From: a virus
Virus record (IMG/VR): IMGVR_UViG_3300031977_001585
Location: 1-64,000 of that record
Direction: 5' to 3' (one strand)
DNA length: 64,000 nucleotides
Position numbers and translations under genes: made by a program. Position 1 is the first letter of the stretch. Every line of letters starts with the position of its first letter. The notes beneath the pieces were generated by a model. That model did not search any database. It was not told the DNA's origin and saw only the letters and a list, made by a program, of their open reading frames with translations. Below, in pieces: positions 57,275-64,000 of the stretch.

Positions 57275-57618
57275 TAGTTAGTCTTAATACTCTTTACTTT
57301 ACGTGCTGATCCAGTAGAAGTATATAGACCAAACCATGCGGCACCTGCACCGACCACGACAGAGATAAGACCTGCCTGTGATGGGTTCGGTTCCGGTATA
57401 GTCATGAACCACTTAGTGGTCTCAATTAGTAGATACAGATATGTACCGATGAATGCACGAGGGAAGATGCGGTAGGCATCGATCACATCTGCGAATTGCA
57501 TTAGGGTTTCGAACTTATTAGCAACGGCAGTCTTCTGAGTTGTATCTAACTCAATCTCAACTTGTAGTTTCTTCTTCTCTATTGTTGGTACTGCTGTCTC
57601 TGTTGTTTCTTCAGACAT
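57274..57618 (-). CDS. Two-TM membrane protein
   Basis: RIFPR...WFM.IP.P...QAGL.SVVVGAGAAWFGLY. Confidence 0.75.
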   Translation of the reverse strand: MSEETTETAVPTIEKKKLQVEIELDTTQKTAVANKFETLMQFADVIDAYRIFPRAFIGTYLYLLIETTKWFMTIPEPNPSQAGLISVVVGAGAAWFGLYTSTGSARKVKSIKTN

Positions 57619-57891
57619 TTAACTAAACCTCTTTTGTATCCATTTGAATATGGCATATATGGACAGTCCGTAGAATGCGAGCACGCTCATCGGTAAACCA
57701 ATGTAAATCAACTCCCATGGGTGAAGGAATAACAATTCCCACGAAAGATCTACGATTGCCTGTACATCACTTGTCCTAGAAACATCTGAAGTCATGTCCA
57801 TGGCAAGATCGTATTCTTCTACAATCCCATTCCATGTGTCGATGTCTAGACAGACCTGATCGTCTGGGCAGATAAAGCCCTCTTCCATCAC
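57619..57891 (-). CDS. Small membrane protein
   Basis: Acidic N-terminus, C-terminal TM helix. Confidence 0.65.
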   Translation of the reverse strand: MMEEGFICPDDQVCLDIDTWNGIVEEYDLAMDMTSDVSRTSDVQAIVDLSWELLFLHPWELIYIGLPMSVLAFYGLSIYAIFKWIQKRFS

Positions 57892-58049
57892 TTCACCTTA
57901 AAATCTTGAGGGTCACCGTTGACTAGTTCTTTTGCTTTGTCTTCCCAGATGAATGGGAATAGTCCGTGCACGAATGAGACGAATGCAATCGTCCATGCTC
58001 TGTATAGGTGCTCGAAATAGTTGAGACCCACGTCCTTTAGATGACTCAT
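57888..58049 (-). CDS. Small protein, DUF6356-like, 53 aa
   Basis: HL..VG..YFEH...A......VHG.FPF. Confidence 0.65.
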   Translation of the reverse strand: MSHLKDVGLNYFEHLYRAWTIAFVSFVHGLFPFIWEDKAKELVNGDPQDFKVK

Positions 58050-58068
58050 ATATTGCCTTATTATTATT

Positions 58069-58095
58069 TTAAAAATGGGGGTCCGAAGACCCCCG
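58069..58095 (-). terminator. UUCG terminator
   Basis: GGGGGTC-TTCG-GACCCCC-ATTTTT on minus. Confidence 0.8.
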
Positions 58096-58116
58096 ATCGA
58101 AGTTGCGTTAGGGTTC

Positions 58117-59637
58117 CTAGAAAACCTTCACATCATACTTCTGTTCCCACATCTCGGCGTCCAGTTCGTCATTAACCATAGGACGACCGCGAATGTTGAG
58201 ACTTGTGTTAAGTAACATAGGCACTCCGGTTCGATCGAAATACTCCTCGATCACTTTTCGGAATACCGATTGACAATCCTTCCTTACAATCTGAACACGA
58301 GCAGATCCATCAACGTGTGTTACTGGTGCATAATCATGCTTTGCCCAAGACGTGAACTGCATGTACTCGTTCATTGGACCATCAAAATATTTGTGCGCAA
58401 ACTCCTCTAGGATAGCAGGAGCAAACGGACGATACTTCTGTCGTCTCTTAATTGTGTTGACCGTATCCTGTACGTCGTATCTCACATCGGCAATAAGAGA
58501 CCGATTGCCAAGTGCTCTAGGACCGAACTCAGCCCTTCCATTAGCAATACCACAATAACGATATTCGAGCAGATGATCAACGACAGCACTGGGATCAATA
58601 GGATTGGTAATATCATATCCCGCATATGGACTCCAAATAAGTTTATCCTTACCTGTTGCTTTTGCCCATGAACGTGCGGCAGTACCTAGACCTGAACCAG
58701 CATCCGTCGGTGATACTGCAATGTGCACTTCGTCGAACAACTCAAACAGACGTGAGTTGATTACGACGTTCTGTGCGCACCCCCCAGAGTAACACAACTT
58801 GCTACCATATTTAGCAGCTTCACGCATTATACCCATGATTGCATAGTCTGCGAAGTCTTGGACGGCACGTGCCGCAACCTTGTCTTCTACTGAGAGGATC
58901 TTTTCTTTGAATGATGATCTCCACTTCTGACGTGCTTTCTCTCGTGGAGATGTTTCGAAATCACCTACTGCGATACCTTTCTCGATTTCTGGTGCAATGT
59001 CTTCAAGGTTATCGTACCAGTTGATCAACCATTGAGTGATGCCCCAAGATTCTTCGTCGGTCTCGTGGTATGCAGATAGACCCATGACCACGTACTCATC
59101 CTCAAGTGGACGCAGTCCCATAATCTTAGTTGCGGTTGTATAGACTAGACCGACAGACTTCGGGTAGTGCCACTCTTTGATCAAATTGAAATTGTGATCC
59201 ATGATGGTCGCAGTCTGCAACTCACCGACACCGTCAATCGATACTAGGACAGTATCCTCAGATGAGTCCCAAGGACGGGTGTAGAATGCGGAAGCACAGT
59301 GCGACTCGTGGTGTAAGTGATTGACATCAAAGTGTTGTGCGTTAGGAATGATGAGACGGTTGAAGGTCTCTTCTGCGGTGTCCGGACGATCCTTTAAATG
59401 ATCTGTAGATCCCGTGACACCGATGCCTCCACGCATATCAAACTTGAGGGTTTGGTCTTCGTAGAAAGAAACATGGTCGTCTTCATCAACCATGTCCCAG
59501 AGAACTTCCGGAAGGTGAGGATCGTTTTTCTTTTTGGAGTAACGTTCCCCGTGGGTTGCGAACTCGACTACACCATCTTCGTTGATGATTGCGAATCCTG
59601 CGTCATGATAATATTCACTGTATCCTACGTATTTCAT
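58117..59637 (-). CDS. Carbamoyltransferase (NodU/CmcH family)
   Basis: HDA, ERYS..K.D, HH.SH.ASAF, DG.GE, MGLSAY, SGG.A.N, EFGPRALGNRS, RPFAP, HVDGSAR.Q, LNTS.N..G.P. Confidence 0.93.
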   Translation of the reverse strand: MKYVGYSEYYHDAGFAIINEDGVVEFATHGERYSKKKNDPHLPEVLWDMVDEDDHVSFYEDQTLKFDMRGGIGVTGSTDHLKDRPDTAEETFNRLIIPNAQHFDVNHLHHESHCASAFYTRPWDSSEDTVLVSIDGVGELQTATIMDHNFNLIKEWHYPKSVGLVYTTATKIMGLRPLEDEYVVMGLSAYHETDEESWGITQWLINWYDNLEDIAPEIEKGIAVGDFETSPREKARQKWRSSFKEKILSVEDKVAARAVQDFADYAIMGIMREAAKYGSKLCYSGGCAQNVVINSRLFELFDEVHIAVSPTDAGSGLGTAARSWAKATGKDKLIWSPYAGYDITNPIDPSAVVDHLLEYRYCGIANGRAEFGPRALGNRSLIADVRYDVQDTVNTIKRRQKYRPFAPAILEEFAHKYFDGPMNEYMQFTSWAKHDYAPVTHVDGSARVQIVRKDCQSVFRKVIEEYFDRTGVPMLLNTSLNIRGRPMVNDELDAEMWEQKYDVKVF

Positions 59638-59664
59638 GCTTCATCCATACTGAGGTTAAACTTG

Positions 59665-59702
59665 TATTTATATAAAAAAAAGGGGGGTCACGAAGACCCC
59701 CC
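59665..59702 (-). terminator. UUCG terminator abutting a late promoter
   Basis: GGGGGGTC-TTCG-TGACCCCCC-TTTTTTT then TATAAATA (59665-59672). Confidence 0.85.
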
Positions 59703-59725
59703 GACATGCTACCTTGAGCGGGAAC

Positions 59726-60298
59726 TTACTGTCCTAAGACGTAGTCGTATATATCTTTCCAGTTACGCATCAACGGGAACTCACTGTTCTGATTGTAACC
59801 GTGTGACATTACTACAGACTCAAGACCTACCTTCGCACCTGCGACGGCATTCTCTACCTTGTCTTCTACCCACAGACACCCTGTGTCTCGATAGAACTCC
59901 AACTCTTCGTCCTTGTCCGCACCTGTGTCGAGATACACATACTTCTCGAAGACGGTAGGACCGAACAACTCTTGGAGATTCTTGGTACGCAGATGTTGCG
60001 CATATTCGTCGTTACTCAAAGAGGTGATTGCGTGAAACACGTAACCGTGTTCTTCGTGCAACTTTCGAACGTACTTGATTGCGTCACGGAGTGGTGGGAT
60101 CTTTCGAACCGTCGCACTCTCGTTGAACATACGACAGAGTCGTCGTTTCTCGTTGCGTTCCAAACCGTACATGACACCTACGTCGTATACGTCTGGGTTC
60201 TTAATCGTATAGTTGTGGCGTTTCATCCACTGTTGAAATGCGTACATCCAGTCTAACAAGACACCATCACAATCAACGAGTATTACTTTATCCCTCAC
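59726..60298 (-). CDS. HAD-family phosphatase (T4 gp30.2-like)
   Basis: ILVDCDGVLLDW, WVEDK..NA..G. Confidence 0.85.
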   Translation of the reverse strand: MRDKVILVDCDGVLLDWMYAFQQWMKRHNYTIKNPDVYDVGVMYGLERNEKRRLCRMFNESATVRKIPPLRDAIKYVRKLHEEHGYVFHAITSLSNDEYAQHLRTKNLQELFGPTVFEKYVYLDTGADKDEELEFYRDTGCLWVEDKVENAVAGAKVGLESVVMSHGYNQNSEFPLMRNWKDIYDYVLGQ

Positions 60299-60468
60299 GG
60301 GGCAACTCCCTCCTCTCGAACGTTTTGCATAACAACATAGACCTCACTGGATGTCAAGCCCTCATCGTACAGGGCAACTTGCATGTTTGCCCAGTCCGGT
60401 GCATAATCGCACTGGTAGATATAGTGAGTTACGATGTCGTCGATTTTGATTTTCATTTCTTTAGTCAT
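60295..60468 (-). CDS. Small hypothetical protein
   Basis: Start MTKEM coupled to the upstream stop. Confidence 0.55.
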   Translation of the reverse strand: MTKEMKIKIDDIVTHYIYQCDYAPDWANMQVALYDEGLTSSEVYVVMQNVREEGVAP

Positions 60469-60650
60469 ACCACCTTGCCCTCTCGTATAAATTTGTCGGC
60501 GTACCACTCCAAATCGTGTTTGTTATTGCCGAACTTTACTCCAATGGATAGATCGTCCTGGTACATCACTAGACGGTATTTAAATCGATCGGTTGGTGAT
60601 TCATCGACCACCGCACGACGATTGTATTTGTAGTTTACTGCTTCGTACAT
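60465..60650 (-). CDS. Small hypothetical protein
   Basis: 61 aa, ATG ~8 nt from the -10 box. Confidence 0.6.
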   Translation of the reverse strand: MYEAVNYKYNRRAVVDESPTDRFKYRLVMYQDDLSIGVKFGNNKHDLEWYADKFIREGKVV

Positions 60651-60658
60651 ATGCGTAT

Positions 60659-60687
60659 ACTATACCCCACTAAGTGCCATATGTCAA
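60659..60687 (-). promoter_or_regulatory. sigma70-like early promoter
   Basis: TTGACA-17-TATAGT with A-tract upstream. Confidence 0.7.
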
Positions 60688-60712
60688 CACTTATTTTTAA
60701 AAAATGTAATTA

Positions 60713-61537
60713 TTACTGCGTTTTATATCTTCGGTCTTTCCAATGACGGAGCATGTCGACTTTCCACTCACCCCCAGTGTAGTGGCAGAATTTTGCCTTC
60801 TCGAAGAATTCTTCTTCGGATGCGTAGTGTGGAGAGTCGTTCCATGTCTGATTAATAGTCTCGACATCGAAGTCGTGCTTCATCAATTGAGAAGAGATGT
60901 AGGGTTGGTCGTTCATGATGGACATATGGAAGTTCCCAGTGTAGCACCAGTCTTCCCACGGCATGAACAATTCACGTGCACGTAGGCGTGCTTCTTTTGT
61001 CCACAGAACGACACCCGTGTTCATTATCATTATCTTGGATGGTCTATTGGGGGGCATGACAGGGACGATCGGGCAGTCATGCATAGAGAACTTACGACAG
61101 AAATCTCTGTACGTATCGTCTTTGTAATCCCAAGAATTGTAACCACCACCATTGGCAGTGACAAAGTCTGACTCAAGGACACCGTAGACATCGGCACCAG
61201 ACTCCATCACATCGAATATATTTTCTTCTGTATTGACGACGATGTCAGTGTCTGCGAACAACACATTGTCGTAGTCATCGAAGATTGGGTCTAACCAGAC
61301 ACGAGCACACTCGTGTAGTAGGGAAGTAGAACAACCGTGTCCTTTAGTTGCGACACGTTCGTCTGAATAGAAATGCTTGGCACCTATCTTTTCCGCATAG
61401 TCCTCGAAAGACGTTTTGGAAATGTCTGCTACCTCTTGGTATAGTTGGGATCGGGTGCCGTCGTATCCTTTAATGTTGCCTCGTTTGTCAACCTCATTGG
61501 TGACAATCATATACTGGAATATTGCGTTCTGGGACAT
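60713..61537 (-). CDS. GT-A glycosyltransferase (GT8/GT34-like)
   Basis: YD.VLFADTDIV, NTGVVLW, DQ.YI, WN, F.HY. Confidence 0.82.
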   Translation of the reverse strand: MSQNAIFQYMIVTNEVDKRGNIKGYDGTRSQLYQEVADISKTSFEDYAEKIGAKHFYSDERVATKGHGCSTSLLHECARVWLDPIFDDYDNVLFADTDIVVNTEENIFDVMESGADVYGVLESDFVTANGGGYNSWDYKDDTYRDFCRKFSMHDCPIVPVMPPNRPSKIMIMNTGVVLWTKEARLRARELFMPWEDWCYTGNFHMSIMNDQPYISSQLMKHDFDVETINQTWNDSPHYASEEEFFEKAKFCHYTGGEWKVDMLRHWKDRRYKTQ

Positions 61538-61982
61538 TCTCTAACCTTGTCATAAGTCGTTCGGCACGATTGCCTACTTGACGATACCATCTCGAATCAC
61601 GACCTTCAATTGCCGCATTCTTCCAATCACCCATTTCTAGGTGACCATACATTTTCTTAAACTTACTTAGTCTTGGTCTACCAAGGTTAAACATCATGTT
61701 GACCAAGATCTCTTTGACCTCATCTGGAAAATTAGACCAGCTGTGTCCGTATAGCACACCACACTCTCTGAGGGACACGTCGAGATCTGCTTCGAATGCC
61801 TGTGCAACTCTTTCTTCGGATATCGACGTTCCCACTGGGAACCCGTACTCGGGGTCACTCTTTGTGATGAGATGTCCAACACCGAACGTGGGATAGCCGA
61901 GATGGTCTCTGTAAATCTCATACACTACTCCTTCGTCAATCTTTAACTGTTCGTAAACAGACTCTTTGCTAAAACTTTTCAT
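61494..61982 (-). CDS. GH24 T4-type lysozyme
   Basis: DEG....Y.DHLGYPT.GVGHL, NM.FNLG..RL.KF..M, SRWY.QV..RA. Confidence 0.92.
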   Translation of the reverse strand: MKSFSKESVYEQLKIDEGVVYEIYRDHLGYPTFGVGHLITKSDPEYGFPVGTSISEERVAQAFEADLDVSLRECGVLYGHSWSNFPDEVKEILVNMMFNLGRPRLSKFKKMYGHLEMGDWKNAAIEGRDSRWYRQVGNRAERLMTRLENVPERNIPVYDCHQ

Positions 61983-61983
61983 A

Positions 61984-62664
61984 TCATTTCGGTGCGAATA
62001 TGTAGTCGTTCCTCACGAAGTCTACCAGTTCATATTCAATCTCTTTGAAGAACTGTAGTAGATCTTGTCGTGCATTGAAGTTGGGTAGACTGTCTCGTTG
62101 AGAGTGAAACTCTAGCATGATTAGAGGTCTATGCTTTTGTATCAACTCGATGCCACCATGCAGTGCCTTCAGTTCAGCACCTTCAATGTCTAACTTTATG
62201 AATCGCACGTCTCCTTCAATTGGATAACTATCTAACTTTACTGACTCAACCTTTATTCTACCACTATCGTCCGGCAGCAGGTAACAGTGTCCCGATGGGT
62301 TACGGGGCATATAGGACAATACCTCATCTTTGTCACTGACTGCCTTGTGTACCAATGTTACGTTCGAGATGTCGAGTGCTGATATGTTGGCATAAAGACA
62401 GGTCAGCACATCCAACTGCATATCAAACGCATACACTTTATCGAAGTGAGAGGCAAACGGAATCGTGAAGAATCCATAGTTAGACCCAAGGTCTAATGCT
62501 ACACCACCTCTCCCTGCGAGAAAGTTGTCTCTGAGCATCGGCCACAGATTACCGTGCCATTGCTCGAAATCTTTACTTAATGGATAGTTCTTAAAATTCT
62601 CTATTGCAAAGTGATCGTTTTCTTGTACTGTGCAATGCCACCCATTAATGTATTTTGCTTCCAT
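61984..62664 (-). CDS. FkbM-family methyltransferase
   Basis: LDLGSNYG, FIKLDIEGAE...L.G. Confidence 0.88.
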   Translation of the reverse strand: MEAKYINGWHCTVQENDHFAIENFKNYPLSKDFEQWHGNLWPMLRDNFLAGRGGVALDLGSNYGFFTIPFASHFDKVYAFDMQLDVLTCLYANISALDISNVTLVHKAVSDKDEVLSYMPRNPSGHCYLLPDDSGRIKVESVKLDSYPIEGDVRFIKLDIEGAELKALHGGIELIQKHRPLIMLEFHSQRDSLPNFNARQDLLQFFKEIEYELVDFVRNDYIFAPK

Positions 62665-62856
62665 CTACAACTTGACGACCAGTGCAGTCAAGATCCCTGC
62701 TAGAAGAACGTTGGTCATCAACAGTTCTAGTGCTAGGATTGTGTGGTACCAGATCCAACGAGTCTTGTATGCATTGTCCACAGAGATGTCCTGTGGGTCT
62801 GGATCGTTATCTACTTTATTCACCTTCGCATGCTGAAACAACTTTGAAAAAATCAT
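62665..62856 (-). CDS. Small membrane protein
   Basis: AYKTRWIWYHTIL plus TM helix. Confidence 0.65.
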   Translation of the reverse strand: MIFSKLFQHAKVNKVDNDPDPQDISVDNAYKTRWIWYHTILALELLMTNVLLAGILTALVVKL

Positions 62857-62864
62857 GCTCTTGC

Positions 62865-63107
62865 CTACACGTTAATTGTATTGTCTTTGCCCGAACCCTT
62901 CTTGATTGCGGACAGTTTATCTTCCCATTCCTTACCAGCAATAGACAAAGTAGATCTCACTCCGGTAACCATTTTAGGTGCGGATGTGGGACTGTGGTAT
63001 CGTTCCCATTGTGGGTTGTCCGATTTCCACTGATCGTATTCGGATAACCGGAGAGACACTTCTGTGACCTCTCCGGTTTCCTTATTTTTAAACTCATACT
63101 GTGGCAT
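62865..63107 (-). CDS. FmdB-like ribbon protein (Cys-less)
   Basis: MP.YEFKNK.TGE ... W...L..IKK. Confidence 0.75.
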   Translation of the reverse strand: MPQYEFKNKETGEVTEVSLRLSEYDQWKSDNPQWERYHSPTSAPKMVTGVRSTLSIAGKEWEDKLSAIKKGSGKDNTINV

Positions 63108-63185
63108 TATCTAACCATCCAAAACGTTGATCATTCACTACGACAAAGAACTCAATATATGTCTCTGAAGAGATACGTCACCCCC

Positions 63186-63344
63186 TTATGCAGAAAGTTG
63201 TTGAATAGAAACTAGCAAATTTCGATAATTCGTCAGAGTCGTCGTTCGATTACTCTGCGAATAAAGTGCTTGCTTTCTCGTATCGTGTACGAACTTCTGT
63301 AGTTCGTTAATATCTTGGTTCAACTTTTTTTCTGATATCGACAT
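63186..63344 (-). CDS. Small hypothetical protein, 52 aa
   Basis: AGGAG SD; MSISEKKLNQDINELQKF... Confidence 0.55.
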   Translation of the reverse strand: MSISEKKLNQDINELQKFVHDTRKQALYSQSNRTTTLTNYRNLLVSIQQLSA

Positions 63345-63387
63345 AAGGTACTCCTTGTTATAGTTTTGTTTGTCGAATTATGAGATT

Positions 63388-63822
63388 TTACTCACGGATC
63401 AAGTTTGGATATGCCTCCTGTACAAGTTTTTTGGTTATGTAACGACACGGTGGTTTCTTTGCCACCATCTTTATCACGTACTCTGCATCCTCCGGATGAA
63501 CGGATTCCAGTAACTGGATGAACTTATTCTCTCGTTGGAACGCAGGTAACGTCTCTCCCCGACCACCCTTAACAAACAAAGCAAAGTCTTTGTGTTTTCT
63601 GAGTAGACTACTAGGGACAGATTCTGGTTTATTGGGGGTGAAAGGTGGGCGTCCTTCGGGGAGTAGGAACTCCAAAGATTCGTCGAACGACCCACGGATG
63701 ATATCTAGGAATGCCCAGTTATCGGAGTATTTTTTTAAAACATCTAGTCGATCTTCTCGACCATCTGCCTTCTTGAATTCTTCGAAAATTTCGAAAACTT
63801 CTCTACGATAGTTCGTAATCAT
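63388..63822 (-). CDS. Conserved T4-like phage protein (DUF6433-like)
   Basis: F.LPEG.PP, RE..FIQLLE..HP.DA, IT..LV.EA.P.L. Confidence 0.8.
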   Translation of the reverse strand: MITNYRREVFEIFEEFKKADGREDRLDVLKKYSDNWAFLDIIRGSFDESLEFLLPEGRPPFTPNKPESVPSSLLRKHKDFALFVKGGRGETLPAFQRENKFIQLLESVHPEDAEYVIKMVAKKPPCRYITKKLVQEAYPNLIRE

Positions 63823-64000
63823 ACTATGCCTTCTCAATTTGATAGCAGACGTATCGTTTCCTCTCTATGAGTATGTCCTGTTTCGTTTGACAAGCAAACA
63901 GGAACTGACGTAGTCCGATATCATACCTAATGATTGTATTGCGATCTTGTCCAGTCTTTCTCTCTAGTTGAGCAATCCGACTGTCTTTTTGATCGATCAC

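Noticed and set aside
63108-63185. Possible structured element upstream of the FmdB-like gene
   Set aside because: Only a weak UCUCU/AGAGA stem; not enough evidence without homologues.
63823-64000. Partial gene at the right edge
   Set aside because: Two minus-strand frames are open to the edge and I cannot tell which is real.
1-64000. tRNA genes, introns, inteins, transposases
   Set aside because: No cloverleaf with a T-loop consensus in intergenic gaps, no interrupted core genes, and no recognisable homing endonuclease or transposase seen by eye.

Overview
64 kb of a T4-like (marine, exo-T-even/cyanophage-style gene order) myovirus genome, mostly coded on the minus strand. 1-29.8 kb: fibre and baseplate structural genes (two giant repeat proteins, fibre chaperones, VrlC-like protein, gp8, gp7, gp6, gp25). 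29.8-41.1 kb: gp5, hub, gp53, gp48, gp4, gp2, gp54-like, gp26, gp51, tape measure, gp32, gp33. 41.1-49.7 kb: early accessory region of sigma70-promoter cassettes (HEXXH peptidases, ABC-ATPase/GNAT fusion, DenV-like glycosylase, a triple structured-RNA repeat). 49.7-64 kb: glycan-modification-like cluster (glycosyltransferases, sulfotransferase-like, radical SAM, carbamoyltransferase, FkbM) plus lysozyme. The main finding is a pair of late proteins whose repeats are mirror-complementary at the amino-acid level. In the ORF at <1-3845 (absent from the ORF track), one constant register pairs G with R/T, R with G/S/A and aromatics with S/R/aromatic on either side of a small knob domain; it held at every point checked over about 335 codon pairs. 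This implies a very long antiparallel beta-hairpin stalk. In the 1467-aa paralogue the whole stalk is inserted into one loop of a Calx-beta-like domain. Also notable: a likely -1 frameshift fusing gp26 to gp51, and strong avoidance of V-GC-B tetranucleotides. All calls come from manual reading; no database searches were run.
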